Below are positions 12,916-28,104 of a stretch of DNA of 64,000 nt, piece by piece (the first letter of the stretch is position 1; the number at the start of each line of letters is the position of its first letter). The stretch is from NCBI GenBank assembly GCA_951406725.2, contig OX597834.1, forward strand, positions 40,114,001-40,178,000. Direction: 5' to 3'. A model generated the notes under the pieces. That model worked only from the letters and a program-made list of their open reading frames with translations. It was not told the DNA's origin and ran no database searches. This DNA comes from Octopus vulgaris. Lineage: Eukaryota. A program made the translations under genes and the position numbers.

Positions 12916-14334
12916 ATAGTATCATTATTATTATTATTATTATTGAGTGAGAGAGCAGTTCATGCCATCAAAGTGACACTGGGGTAAAATATAGGAAGCC
13001 CAGTATACCCATCATGACTACCCGTCTGATAAGGGTACACCAGGCACATGCATCACAACCATATGTGCGCGACATGGTGATCTCATATCAAGATAAACAG
13101 CACATGACCTTGCAGGTGGGGCCAAGTTAGAATTTTCTTCAGGTTGAGTAGCCCATTATTACTATTATTATTATTATTACTATTATTATTAGTTTCTCAA
13201 CTCCAGTATTTTCTTTTTAATCTTTGTACTTTATCGGTCTCTTTTGCCAAACTGTTAAGTTATGTAAACACATAAACACCTGTTGTCAAGCAGTGGTGGG
13301 GGACAAACACAAAAACACACACACATAAATATACCAGGCACGTGCCATCAGTAATAACTCAGGTCAGGTAGTTGGTGACCTTTATGTAGTAAAACACAAA
13401 AAGTAAGTGAAACACAAGCACGCGACTGAGTTGAAGGCAGATTTACTTCTGCCTTTATAGCACATAAAGAAAACGGTGTTGTAGGAGTGTACGCAGCATG
13501 TGTACTACAGCAGTCCTATGTGTAGCTTAAATACTGAGATTGAAAAGTAGGAGAAAATTATGCCTACCATGAGTGGCTGTGTGGTAAGTAGCTTGCTTAC
13601 AAACCACATGGCTCTGGGTTCAGGCCATTTTAGTGTCTATGGCGGAAACCATTTCAGCAAATCAATTAACTTTTTCTGCTGAGAAAATCATGGATTATAC
13701 TTGCATTCCTGCCAGATCTATTCCAATGGCACCTTGGGCAAGTATCTTCTACTATAGCCTTGGGCCAACCAAAGCGTTGTGAGTGGATTTCGCAGATGGA
13801 AACCTGTAACTTAGCAGTTTGGCAAAAGAAACTGACAGGATAAGTACTAGGCTTACAAAGAATAAGCCCTGGGGTCGATTTCTTTGACTAAAGGTGGTGC
13901 TCCAGCATGGCTGCAGTCAAATGACGGAAACAAATAAAAGAATAAAAGAATCTGCAAAAAAATAAATTATTTTGCATTTTATGCAGAGTAATTAGAGAAA
14001 CCACCATAGATTTATTGAATTAGGTCCATATTTTGCCATAAAAGGAAAATGTTGCTATCGATCTATTTTATTCAGGGTAGACATTACCTACCTTGCCTAC
14101 CCAGGTGGCACGTCCCAGGTATATACACACACATATATATATATACATATATACATACTGAATCCAGAACCATGTGATTGGGAAGCAAACATCTGCACCT
14201 GTGTGTGTGTATATATGTGTGTGTGTGTATATATGTGTGTGTGTGTATATATGTGTGTGTGTGTATATATGTGTGTGTGTGTATATATGTGTGTGTGTGT
14301 ACGTGATTTTGTCTCCTTCACGACACATAGCAGC

Positions 14335-14665
14335 AGTGATGACAATGAGACAATGATTGATGATGACAATGGTGGTGGTGATGATGATTATGATGATGAC
14401 AGCAGTAATTGTGATGATGATAATGGTAGTGATGATGATGATGACAATGGTGGTGACGATGATGGTGGAGGTGACGATGGTGATGGTGGTGATGATGATG
14501 ATGATTATGATGATGGTGGTGGTGATAGCAGTAATGGTGATGATGATAATGATAATGATGATGATGATGATAACAATGGTAGTGATGATGATGAGGATGA
14601 TGACAATGGTGATGATGTCGACAGTGGTGATGGTGATGACGGCAGCGGTAGTGATGACAATAATG
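14335..14665. repeat. Degenerate (GAT/GGT)n trinucleotide tract
   Basis: Direct reading. Similar tracts at 57590-57940 and 58030-58220; (AGT)n at 26372-26580. Confidence 0.9.
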
Positions 14666-14747
14666 CTGGCTTTAGGCCATGCATTTCACGTGGCATCTTG
14701 GAGAGTACAAATGGTATAAAAATAGACCAGCAGAGAAAGGGAGAGAA

Positions 14748-14784
<37 letters not shown>

Positions 14785-15732
14785 GGTGGGGGAGAGAGAG
14801 AGTAAAAGTTGTAGAGTGTGATGTGCTGGAAACTTTCTTGAATTACTATTGGACCATTAACATTATTATTATTATTATTGCTGTTGTCATCATCATCATC
14901 ATCATCATTGTTGTTGCTGTTGTTGTTGCTGTTGTTGATGGTGTGAAACGTTTGAAGTATTGATCCAACTGTGTCATGTTAATGTTAAACAGAAGCACTA
15001 TTGACATTTTGTTAAATTCATTTGTTTCAACTTTCTCGCAACACATTACCCAACACTCTGCTCTGCTCTCTCTCTCTCTCTCTCGCTCTTCTCATCTCTT
15101 CTCTGGTGGTATTTTGGTGGCTGACTCCAAGAACAACAACAACAACAACAATAATAAAAATAATAATCACGTACATCTTCTCACCAACCTCAAAAAGTGT
15201 AGAAGTTTTTATGCTTAATTTTTGGGAGGTTTTTTTTGTTTGTTTTCGGGAGGTTTTTTTTTTCTTTTTATGTTCAGAAATGGTGAATTTACCATCTTCG
15301 TTTTCCAATGTCAATGTTAGTATAATTAACGCAACACATTTCAGATGATGTTAGATATTTTTTTTTTTCCTAATTTTGGTTCCTTGTTTGATTTTTTTTT
15401 TGATTTTTATTATCTTTTTAAACTTTTGAGAAACGATGAGAAAAAGAAAAGGAAACAAAAACAAAAAACACACAAAAAAAAAATAAGAAGAAGGAAATCA
15501 ATTTTTCCTTTCATGTATGGCCGACAGGGTATGTGCTCAACCTTGACTTTTGCAGCATTACATGGATGACTGATTAATTCACCCAGCCTTGCTACATAGA
15601 AGGGTGAGCGGTGGGGCTGAGGGGTATGGAATTAAACATTTAACCCCTTTAAAGACAAAGCATATAAATGCTTCTCAAAGAAACGAAGGAAACATAACCA
15701 GTTTCAAAAGACGGAAAACAGAATATAGTTAT

Positions 15733-15995
15733 TCATCATCATCATCGTTTAGCATCCGTTTTCCATGCTGGCATGGGTTGGACGGTTTGACCGGGGATCT
15801 GGGAAGCCAGAAGGCTGCACCAGACTCCAGTCTTATCTGGCAATGTTTCTACAGCTGGATGCCCTTCCTAACGCCAACCACTCCGAGAGTGTAGTGGGTG
15901 CTTTTTATGTGCCACTGGCACAGCGGCCATGGGAGGCTGGTAACGGCCACGATCGGTTGGTGGTTTTTATGTGCCACCGGCACAGGGGCCAGAGG
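15733..15995 (-). mobile_element. Family E short retroposon ending in a (GAT)n tail
   Basis: Core GAGTGGTTGGCGTTAGGAAGGGCATCCAGCTGTAGAAAC...AACCCATGCCAGCATGGAAAACGGA.G.TAAACGATGATGATG. Other copies at 8040-8210, 19740-20130, 20313-20700, 37580-38390, 43092-43630(+), 54878-55015(+) and about 58930-59050(+). Confidence 0.8.
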
Positions 15996-16938
15996 TGGTT
16001 CTCACATTCACACACTCATTGCAGCAGTCCTTCAGTTTTTCTAAACCCTGTAAAAGAACTTGATAGGTTCAGCCTTCAGTCAGGCCTTTCGTGACACCCT
16101 TAAAGCCAGGAACTTTCCAGCAATCCCTCGTACACATGTATACAACAAACACAACCACAGATCCGTAAATGCAATTATTAAATCCCATCAATACACTAAT
16201 TGATGAAATATTTCAACAACACACTCACACACACACACACACACACACACAAAAGAAGAGGCTTAAAGACAGAGCGACATCATAAGCTGAGAGCTTAAGA
16301 GAAGATTTCACAGAATGGTACCAATATTTCTGCGTTCTAAGCACAGGAATATAAACACAGTGGTTCCCTATTTCACAGAGTTACAGACACAGGAATATTC
16401 AATGGCTTTGAAAGATGCCATGAAAGTGTAAAATACACACAGACACACACCTACATAAATATACATATATACACACATATACATGCATATATATATATAC
16501 ATACACATATATTCATACACATACATATATATGCATATACATACACATACATATACATATATATGCATATACATACATATATATATATGCATATACATAC
16601 ATATACATATATACATATGTATACATACACATGTATATGCATACACAAACATATATATACATACACATATTCATATATATACATATACATATGCATACAT
16701 ATACATACATATACATATATATGCATATACATACATATACATACATATATATGCATATACATACATATACATATACAGACATATATATGCATATACATAC
16801 ATATATATTTACATACACATATATATATATATGTGTAAATACACATATATAAGCAAGTATACAAACATATAGATACATATATACACATACATACGTACAT
16901 GTATACATACATTTGTAATGTATACACACATACATACC

Positions 16939-16989
<51 letters not shown>

Positions 16990-17924
16990 TTCTTCGTGTA
17001 AACTTATTTATACATTAAAAGTAGACTCTATAGAAACATCTTTTTTTAATTTTTAATCAAAGAACACATTATAATGCAAATGTTGTATACAGTCTTCAAC
17101 CTCGTTAATGAGTCTGCAGATGAATTCACTTTGTAATGTAACGAAGCAATCAGGCACACACATCTATATAAAAGCATAGAAAGTCAGCCGAGATGACAGA
17201 AACGATAAAGGCCAAAGTTGTTGCCATCAAACACTGGCTTTCCAACAGAATATTTGCTGAATGTCAAATTTACATGATAAAACTCTTTAAAATATAATGT
17301 AAGAGAAAAACGAAAGAGAGACAGACAGACAGAGGAAACAAAAATATATGAATAAGTCTATGCAGCAGAGAAAATTTGACTGAAATTAAAACATTTCTTA
17401 TAGAGTAACTAGTTTCATTCATTTTCCATGTTTAAATATTGCAATTTTAAATGTTATTCTAGTATTTGATTTGGATATTGTGGAGACATCTTTTGTAAGA
17501 GAACACAAACCTGGTCGATTGAAACTATCATATAATGGTCTACTTCTATTTATATTATTAATAGTTTGATCAATGAAAATATGAAGGGAAAGGCATGTCT
17601 ATGCAGCTGTGAACTTTATTTTGCAGCCGCATGGTTTCAGCTTTGGTCTCACTGCATAGTACTTTGGGTCAGTCTCTTCTACAATAACCCTGGAACGACT
17701 AAAGCTTTGTGAGTGAATTTGGCTGATGGAAACTGTATATACACGAGTGCGTTTGTGTGTGCCTTTGGGTTTGTCCCCGCCACTACTTGATAAGCAATGT
17801 TGGTTTGTTTACATCCCTGCAACTTGGCAGATCAGGAAAAGAGGTTAAGAGGACAAATACCAGCAGGCTAAATATAAAAAAAAAATGGCTGGGGTTGATT
17901 TGGTTGACTAAAATTCTCCAAATA

Positions 17925-18350
17925 TAGGCGTAGGAGTGGCTGTGTGGTAAGTAGCTTGCTTGCCAACCACATGGTTCTGGGTTCAGTCCCACTGCGTGGC
18001 ACCTTGGACAAGTGTCTTCTACTATAGCCTCAGGCCGATCAAAGCCTTGTAAGTGGATTTGGTAGACGGAAACTGAAAGAAGCCCGTTGTATATATGTAT
18101 ATATATATATATACATATATATGTGTGTGTGTATATGTTATTGTGTCTGTGTTTCTCCCTCCAACATTGCTTGACAACCGATGCTGGTGTGTTTACGTCC
18201 TCGTAACTTAGCAGTCCTGCAAAAGAGACCGATAGATTAAGTACTAGGCCTACAAAAAATAAGTCCTGGGGTCGATTTGTTTGACGAAAAGACGGTGCTC
18301 CAGCATGGCCACAGTCAAATGACTGGAACAAGTAAAAGAGTAAAAGAGTA
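17925..18350 (+). mobile_element. SINE family A, full length
   Basis: GGCGTAGGAGTGGCTGTGTGGTAAGTAGCTTGC ... ACAAGTAAAAGAGTAAAAGAGT tail. Other near-full copies at 21952-22348(+), 13570-13950(+, interrupted) and 45298-45665(+, 5'-truncated). Confidence 0.9.
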
Positions 18351-19036
18351 AGGTGGTGCTCCAGTATGGCCATAGTAGACTGAAACAGGCTCAAAGGAAA
18401 GAGTAAAGACAAAACAGGAAAACCACCAAAGTTTCTAAGTGATGCATAAAGCAAGAATGGTAACAACATGGGGGGGGGGAGTTGTTTAAAATAGATTCAA
18501 CAAGGAGAATAGGGCAACCTTCAAATAGGACAACCTTCAAATAAGCATAACTATGTGGTTAAGAAGCTCAGGCTTTCAACCATGTGGCTTTTAGTTCAAT
18601 CCCACGGCACAACACCTTGGCCGACTAAGTGTTTTCTACTACAGACCCAGACTGACCAATGTTTTGTGAGCAAATTTGGTAGGTGGAAACTGTGTAGAAG
18701 CCCACCATATCATGAGTCCAACACCCTAACCACAAAGCCATGCACCTCCACAAAGTAAAGTTCCTTCCCGGGACATATGCCCAGTTTCCATGGCATATAA
18801 ATTCCTCACCTGGACAGGACACCGGTCCGTCGCAGGATTACTCCATTTTGCCAGATAAATGGAATGGAGCAATGTGAAATGGAGTGTTTTGCTCAAGAAC
18901 ACAATGCGTCAGCTGGTCCAGGGATCGAAACCACAAGCTTACGATCATGAGTCCAATACCCTGACCACTAAGTCACATGTGCCCCCACATGAGCTGACAC
19001 AGGATTGAGATGTGTGGTTATGTATTGTATTTATAA

Positions 19037-19270
19037 GGCAGCGAGCTGGCAGAATCGTTAGCACGTCGGGCGAAATGCTTAGCGGTATTTCGGCTGCCGT
19101 TACGTTGTGAGTTCAAATTCCACCGAGGTCGACTTTGCCTTTCATCCTTTCGGGGTCGATAAATTAAGTACCAGTTAAGCACTGGGGTCGATATAATCGA
19201 CTTAATACCTATGTCTGTCCATGTTTGTCCCCTCTATGTTTAGCCCCTTGTGGGTAATAATGAAATAGGT
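19037..19270 (+). mobile_element. SINE family B, monomer
   Basis: Same sequence as the 11961 element. Other copies at 27424-27600(-), 29452-29680(-), 34251-34482(+), 52430-52605(+), 54625-54860(-) and 2055-2175(-). Confidence 0.9.
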
Positions 19271-20845
19271 TATGTATTGTATGAACCACTGTAACCTCAA
19301 CTCTGTCACTTCAAGACTTATCTTCTTCCGAGCCCCTACGTAGTCGTCTTACAAGGTGTATGGAGGGTAATATATGCGGATGTACTGAAAATGGACACCA
19401 GTTAAGCTTATACAAATAAGTTGGGTTCTGGTGCAAGTTGGACCAGGATGTGTGGAGGCGTCTTATCTGGAGAGTCTGAGTCACCACATTGGCCTTGACT
19501 TGAATAAACTTCAATGAGAATGTATTGGGTTACAATCAGTGTCAGCAGCAGGAATTATTAAAGGATGTTGGTGATAATGGCAGTGCCCCAGCATGGCCAC
19601 AGGCCTTTGCTGAAACTGGTAATAGGATAATGATGTGGAAGATATGCGGTTACTGTTGTTTGTTTATCCCTAGGTCAGCTCTCATTGGTCAACAGATCTA
19701 TCGTCAAAGACATTCCAGCTATGACTACCTCTGTTCATTATCATCATCATTTAACATTCTCTTTCCATGCTAGCATGGGTGGGACAAGCTTGACAAGAGC
19801 TGGAAAGGCCAGGGACCATGCCAAGTCCTATGGTCTGTTTTGGCATGGTGTCAACAGCTGGATGCCCTTCCTAATGCCAACCACTTTATAGAGTATACTA
19901 GGGTTTTTTTTTTATGTGACACCATCAGCAGAGCTTTAAATGTGATGCCACCATCATTGCTTTTTACATGGCACCATCACCAGTGATCTTAAAGTGGCAC
20001 CATCACCATTACTTTTTACAATGGTATTGGCACCAATGCTTTTATATGGTACCATCACCAGTGTTTTTTATGACACTATTATCAGTGCACTTTACGTGGC
20101 ACCATCACCAGCGCTCTTTACACGCCACCAATCTAACCCTAGTGCTAACTCTAAACCTAACTCTAAATCCTAACCTAGATCAGATAATTGCAGAGGGTAG
20201 CCTACTAATCCTATGGTAGACTTCACACTGAAACAGCATCAATAAATGCCATTCTGGTGTAAGACTCAGACCATAATTAAGTTTATAAGCAGGTCTCCAG
20301 CAACCAGCCAACTCATCATCATCATCATCATTTAACATCCATTTTCCATGCTAGCATGGGTTGAACGGTTCGACAGTTCGACCGGGGTCTGGGAAGCCAG
20401 AAGGCTGCTCCAGGCTCCAGTCTGATCTGGTAGTGTTTCTACAGCTGGATGCCCTTCCTAACACCAACCACTCCGTGAGTGTAGTGGGTGCTTATTACAT
20501 ACCACCAGCACAGGGATCACAACTACAATTTCCATTGATTTTTGATGTTGATGTACTTGACTCAATAGGTCTCCTCAAGCACAGGGTCGAAACGGTGTTT
20601 CTTTACTTGCTACCTGCACAGGAGTCAGTCCAGTGGCACTGGCAATGGCCGGGTGCCAGTCATAGGATTGGTTCAGTTTCAATTCCAATTTCATCTGGGA
20701 GAAACTGACACTGGGTCTCTTTCTGAAACAATGATCAAGATTCTGAAGGGATAAGTAGTAGGCTTACAAAGAATAAGTCCTGGGGTCGATTTGCTCGACT
20801 AAAGGCGGTGCTCCAGCATGGCCACAGTCAAATGACTGAAACAAG

Positions 20846-20897
<52 letters not shown>

Positions 20898-21479
20898 AAG
20901 AGAGAGACCTACAGACAGACAGAGGTAGGGCTCCACTATTTCTCTTCCTGCAACATTCTAACAACTTGTGTGTGTATACTAAAATATTTTTACCACTGAT
21001 TTCAGTCATAGGACAATGGCCATGCTGGAGCAGTAGTGACTTTTTGTCAGTTACATCAATGTCAGTATCTACTTAGCCTGGGACTCAATCATTCACTTAA
21101 TGAAAGGTCGAGTTCACCTACATGTTGAGTTATATCCCCTGTTCCCTTTCACAGATGTAAATAACACTAGGTATTTATAGCAGGATACAACAACACACAG
21201 ACACACATATTCATTATCGCTCTGACCACTTTCACATTGAGACTTTTCATGATATATCTCAAATGAATATGTACATTTGTGCGTGTATATTTGGATGTAG
21301 TTGTGTACATATATGTGTGTAGGTGTACATAAATGTATGCATGTGTGAAGTATTCCAGTGGGTGACCAGTTCAAAGAAAGCCAGTCTCGACGCTTAGAAT
21401 AAAGAACTCAAAGATAGCTCTGAGAGCGAATAAACATTTAGTCAGAAAAACATTTGACTGTTTATATATATACAAATAC

Positions 21480-21544
<65 letters not shown>

Positions 21545-21779
21545 CATATATATATAGTTGAAATTTATAGATATATATATATACATACATACTTTATAAA
21601 CATTTATAATATACATGTGTGTGTGTATACATACATATTATATATATATATATATATATATATACATACACACTTTATAAATATTTATAATGTACATGTG
21701 TGTGTGTGTATATACATATATATATATGTACATACACATGCACACTTTATAAATATTTATAATGTACATGTGTGTGTGT

Positions 21780-21840
<61 letters not shown>

Positions 21841-22365
21841 AGCCTAGTACTTATTCTATTGGTCACTCTTGCCCAACTGCAAGTAGTGATGGGTGACAAA
21901 CACAAACAGATACACACACACACACACACATATATATACATATATGTATCTACAGGCACAGGTGTGACTGCGTGGTAAGAAGCTTGCTTCCCAGCCACAT
22001 GGTTTGGGGTTCAGTCCCACTGCATGGCACCTTGGGCTATATAGCCTCAGGCTGACCAAAGCCTTGTGAGAGGATTCGGTAGATGGAAACTGAAAGAAAC
22101 CCATATACATATGTATGTATGTATATATATATATGTGTGTGTGTGTGTATATATATGTGTGTGTGTGCACATCCTATCGCTGCTTGTCAACTGGTGTTGG
22201 TGTGTTTGCAACCCCATAACTTAGCAGTTTGGCAAAAGAGATTGATAGAATAAGTAGCATGCTAAAAAAATAAGCACTGGGGTTGATTCATTCGACTAAA
22301 AATTGAAGGTAATGCCCCAGCATGGGCCACAGTCTAATGACTGAAACATATATGTACATGTATGC

Positions 22366-22408
<43 letters not shown>

Positions 22409-23053
22409 ATCATGTTTTGAGTTTTATTTTTCTTATTTGCATCACCAGATGTGTGTGTGTATGTGTATATATATATGCCAATGTTAATAAATATTGCGTG
22501 TATACATATATAAATACAGGTGTGCATGTGTGTATGTATATATATATATATTTGTATACATATAACACATACATGCAAGGCAGACTTCTGCAATTTCCGT
22601 CTTCCAAATTTCATTCAAAAGTCATTATATATAAATAGATTAGCTACAGTGTCTGTGTGTGTGCATGTGTGTGTGTGTATTTTTATACTGTAATATATAT
22701 ATATATCTATGAACACTTACAGGGAAGTGTGTATGTATGTGTGTAACTATGTGAGCAAGTCATGTATGTATGTGTAATGAAATGTATAGTGTAGCATGAA
22801 AGAGATAAACAGAAAGATGTGTGTGAACACCTACAGACAGGTGTGTGAATGTGTGTGTGTGTGTTTATGTGTGTGTGTAATGGAAAATATTCACAATACT
22901 AAAAATAAACAAAATAAGTGTGTATGTGTGTGTGTGTGTGTATATACTGAATACATGCATAGGAGTACCTACAGACAGGTGTGTGTATGTGTGTGCATAT
23001 GTAATGAAATATGTTTCAAAGATTAATAATGAATGAGAGAGAGAGAGAGAGAG

Positions 23054-23096
<43 letters not shown>

Positions 23097-23636
23097 AATG
23101 AAAAAGGTTCACAATACTAAAGATAAACAAAATAAAAGTGTATATGTGTGAGTATATACTGAAATATATGTGCATGAACACCTACAGACAGGTGTGTATG
23201 CACGTGTGTGTATATGTAACAAAATGTTTCAAATATCAATAATGATAAGATTATGTGTGTGCATGCATGTGCGTGAATGTGCGTATATGCAAGTGTGTAT
23301 ATGCATGTACATGTGTGTGTATATGCCTGTGTGTGTGCATACGCTTACTGAAATAAATGTACATACATTAATAAGAAATAAACAGAAATGTGTGCATGTG
23401 TTTATACTTAAATATATATGTGTATATATATGTATAAACATCAACCAGTAAGAGTGTGTGTGTGCGTGTGTGCACATGTGTACTTGTGTATGTGTGTCAG
23501 ATAATATCCAAAAGTGAAACAACAACCACAAAATAATTAGAAAATGGATCCGCAGTTGGCATCAACAATGGCTATATCAGTTATTTGATCAGCAGAACCG
23601 GTTGAATATCCCACAGACATTCATACTGCCACACCG

Positions 23637-23674
<38 letters not shown>

Positions 23675-24619
23675 CCCAGAACTACTACCTACTCCCTGAA
23701 ACTCATAGTAAAAATCTAATTAGTAATTAGCTGAAGGACACGTGTGCCGTTACTGAACTAGAAATAGACACTCTCCAAAGAACAACTTGCTCATTAAATT
23801 ACATTCTAAGTAGTGGTCGAGTACTCCACAGACTCGTCTACCTTTAACATATTCTTTGAGGAAAAAAATCAGCATGACATAGGGTTTGGCATGGCTGGAC
23901 ACTCAACATTTATGTGACTGATATAATTTGTTCTCCATTTGACAGGTTCTCACATGCAGCTACTGTCTACTCTGAGGGTCTGTATAAAATTTTTTGGGGT
24001 CAACAGATACAATAGTAAATTGGGGCTCTACAGTAATTTTTCAAGGGCCTTGAAAAAATTGAGAGTGAAGTTTACGTACAATGAATCAGTTATACATCTA
24101 CAATAAACAGAATATTTTGACCATTTTTATACAAGTTCTAATAATATTTAGTCATAAAAATACAATAGGATTTTTTAAGCATCGAATATTTATAGGGTAC
24201 ACCCATTAAGATAGGAATCAAAGGGGTCGACAGGTAAAAAATGGTTTGAGAACCCCTGGTCTACCCATATTTTATTTCATGTGTTTCTGTTGACCCTGAA
24301 GCTATGGTGATAGAAAAACACATTCAAGGTGTCACATAATGAAATTGAACTTGGGTCCTTCATGCCTGAAAACGAAACTTCTAAACCATTTTCAATGCAA
24401 ACCTCTTAGCTAATGGTTTTTAACCTTTTTAATATCTGGGTCAGATCCAAAACCTGTGTTTTTTTTTTTAGGGGCCTGCACCAGAAAAAGTAAAACAGAA
24501 GTCAATTAGAGAAAAATTTATATTTATGTAGAGTGAAAACCATCAGGGACTGCCAGAAGGATGTCTAAGGGCCACATGCATCCCTGGGAGCCACGATTGA
24601 GGACTACTGCTCTAGACTG

Positions 24620-25170
24620 TAGCTCTACCAGTTAGAAATAACAGCTAAATCTTCCTCATAGTAAACCCTCTAGGAAGTACTTCTACCAATTAGAAAACAC
24701 ATCCAAAACCTCATGTGATGAAATTGAACGTGTACCCCTCGTGCTTACAAAGAAAATTTCTAAACTATTTACAATCCAAGCCTCTGGGTCAGGGATTCCC
24801 AGCCTGGGGTCTTCAAACACAATACTGAATATCCCTGAACTAAATTCAAACTTTTATATATATACACACACACACACGAGGATATGCATATTAAAAGGGG
24901 TCAGTGGGAAAACTAATTTAAAAAAGGGGCGGGAACCACTACTCTAGATAGTATGCCTTTACCAGCTAGAAATAACAGCCAAATCTCCCTCACATCAGGC
25001 CTTCTAAGTAGTAACCCTACCAGTTAGAAATAACAGCCAAATGCTCCTCACATTAGGCCTTCTAAGTAGTAGCTCTACCAGTTAGAAATAACAGCCAAAT
25101 GCCCCTCACATCAGACCCTCTAGGTAGTAACTCTACCAGTTAGAAATAACAGCCAAATCTCCCTCATATA
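24620..25170. repeat. ~59-bp minisatellite (4 copies at 24957-25170, 2 more at 24620-24712)
   Basis: Unit approximately CTCTACCAGTTAGAAATAACAGCCAAATCTCCCTCACATCAGRCCYTCTARGTAGTAR; a lone dispersed copy of the core lies at about 56228-56257. Confidence 0.9.
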
Positions 25171-25355
25171 AGACCATTGTACCTTCGGCAAAAAACAATA
25201 CAGTAGAGTTATATACTACTAATAAACAAACAAAAAAAAGACAAAAAATAAATGAGATGGGCATGGCTAGAATAACCCCAAGCAGGCAGAGGTGACCGAG
25301 GGCTAAATGAGAACAGTATTATCAACAACAACAGCATGAACAAGACAACACTCAC

Positions 25356-25375
25356 CGAGAGAGTACTTTTTCCAC
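25356..25375 (-). CDS. Candidate 20-nt microexon
   Basis: Minus strand ...tttctacactttcattgacaatgttctccag|GTGGAAAAAGTACTCTCTCG|gtgagt. Good acceptor and donor; open as (L)WKKYSL or (G)GKSTLS. Splice-motif evidence only. Confidence 0.35.
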
Positions 25376-26147
25376 CTGGAGAACATTGTCAATGAAAGTG
25401 TAGAAACACAACCGTTATAGTACACTATGTGTGGTTGGATGTGTGTGTGTGTGTGTGGCTGGATGTGTGTATGTATGTGTATACATATATGTATGTGTGT
25501 GTGTGTGAGTGTGTAGATGGATGTGTGCGGGATTATATATGGTATATATGTCCGTCGGTGTGTGAGTATATTTGTTGGGTGTTTGTGTGTATGTTTACAT
25601 AAATGTATGTGTGTGTGTGTGGATTGATTTAAGGATTTACGTGTATGTGTGTGCGTGTGTGTGTGTGTGTGTGTATGTGTACAGGTGGTGTGTGTGTGTG
25701 TGTAGACAGAGGTGTTATAATCCACAGGTGTAAAGTTAGGTTCCTGTCGAGATGAATTAAAAGTTGGCAATGAAGAACAACACCGATAGAAATAGCGTGT
25801 GTATGTGTGTGTATGTGTGTGTGTATGTGTGTGTATGTATGTATGTGTGTGTGCACACGTGTGTATCTATATGTGTGTATATCTGTGCATGTGTGTATAT
25901 ATATATGTTTGTGTGTGCATATCTATATGTGTGTGTATATCAATGTGTGTCTGGGTGATTATTATTCAATATGTGTATATGTAAGAATGAATATACATAC
26001 ATACATATATATTTATTTAAGTCCATATGTGTGTGTGCATACATATGTGTGTGCATGTGTGTGTGTGTATCAATATATATTCATGTAGGGAAGTATAAAT
26101 ATCTTTATATTAGTGTATGTGTGGGCATATATATATATATGTGTATG

Positions 26148-26178
<31 letters not shown>

Positions 26179-26395
26179 TTATATATGTATGTCTGTGTAT
26201 ATATATATATATATATATTTATACACACACACATGCACGTGTGTGAGTGTATATAAGGGTATGTCTATACGAATATGTATGTTTATCCCCCACCCACCCC
26301 AGAATCATTTCACAGGGGCAACATGAAGTGAGGTGCCGAATGCATCATGTGCTTATTACACGAGTGTTGCTTTAGTAGTAATAGTGGTGGCGATG

Positions 26396-26444
<49 letters not shown>

Positions 26445-26524
26445 CAATAGTAGTGGTGGTGGTGGTGGTAGCTTTAGTGTGTTAATGAAGATGCGGATTG
26501 GTGGTTGTGGTGGTGGTGGTAGTA

Positions 26525-26581
<57 letters not shown>

Positions 26582-26872
26582 ATTGGAGTGGCAGCAGCAG
26601 CAGTGTCAGCAGCAGCAGTGTCAGCAGCAACAGGAGGAATATATTTATTTCGCAGGATGTCCGATTATATTCTCTACTGCTGAAACTACAGGATGGCTGG
26701 CTGGCTGGCTGGCTGCTGATGTTGTGGTGGTGGTCGTGGTGGGAGCAAGGAGGGTGCCATTGAAAGATTCCTCCTCAATAAGGTGGAAGAAACCAGATGA
26801 AAATCAATGTGTGTGTGAGTGCGTGCATGTATTATTCCAACAAGTGTGTATACACACACACACACACATGTG

Positions 26873-26902
<30 letters not shown>

Positions 26903-26903
<1 letters not shown>

Positions 26904-27108
26904 TACTCTTTTAACTCTTTTACTTGTTTCAGTCATTTGACTGCGGCCATGCTGGAGCACCACCTTTAGTCGAGCAAATCGACCCCGGGACTTATTCTTT
27001 GTAAGCCCAGTACTTATTCTATTGGTCTCTTTTGCCGAACCGCTAAGTGACGGGGAACATAAACACACCAGGATCGGTTGTCAAGCAATGCTAGGGGGAC
27101 AAACACAA

Positions 27109-27181
<73 letters not shown>

Positions 27182-27346
27182 TACGACAGGCTTCTTTCAG
27201 TTTCCGTCTACCAAATCCACTCACAAGGCATTGGTCGGCCCGGGGCTATAGCAGAAGACACTTGCCCAAGATGCCATGCAGTGGGACTGAACCCGGAACC
27301 ATGTGGCTGGTTAGCAAGCTACTTACCACACAGCCACTCCTGCGCC
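26903..27346 (-). mobile_element. SINE family A, full length
   Basis: Reverse complement of the 17925-18350 copy, with internal (TA)n/(CA)n. Confidence 0.9.
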
Positions 27347-28104
27347 TATTATATATATATATATATATATATTCACTCTCATAGATTTATATTCAGATTT
27401 TACTAAGCCTATATATATATATTTCTTTACAACCCAAAAGGGGCTAAACACAGAGGGCACAAACAAGGAGAGACAAAGGGATTAAGTCGATTACATTGAC
27501 CCCAGCACGTAACTAGTACTTAATTTATCGACCCCAAAAGGATGAAAGGCAAAGTCGACCTTGGCAGAATTTGAACTCGGAACATAACGACGGACGACTA
27601 AGCCTATATATATACACACAAAGAGATATATATATATATACACACTCAAAGATATATACACATAGTAGCATGGAGAGCTGTGTGGTGGAGAAGACCATTT
27701 TACCATTCTGATATCATGCAGCTTCAGGTTCAATCCCACAGCACAGCACCATGGACAAGCTTTGTGAATGAAATTGTGTTTATGTATATAGATGAATGGG
27801 AGTGAGGGAGGGATGAAGGGAGAGAAAGAGGGAGGGATCAGAGAGACAGACAGATAGACATTCTTTTGTTTCAGTCACTTGACTGCGGCCATGCTGGAGC
27901 ACCGCCTTTAAGCATTTTAGTCAAACAAATCAACCCCACGACTTACATTCTTTCTTTCTTTTTTTTTTTTTTTTTTGTAAGCCTAGTACTTATTCTATCA
28001 GTCTCTTTTGCTAAAATGCTCAGTTACAGGGACATAAATATACCAACACCGGCTGTCAAGTGGTAATTGTGGGGAACAAACACAGACACTCACACACACA
28101 TATA

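Noticed and set aside
14203-14805. 200-aa Asp/Gly-rich ORF resembling an acidic biomineral protein
   Set aside because: It is a (GAT/GGT)n tract flanked by (TG)n and (GA)n, open in several frames, with no splice or signal-peptide support.
17783-18469. 228-aa ORF and recurring peptides such as [18 protein letters not shown] and FLQLDALPNANHS
   Set aside because: Translations of SINE families A and E, repeated wherever those elements occur.
20132-20180. Telomere-like CTAACC repeats
   Set aside because: Short and degenerate; not a true (TTAGGG)n array.
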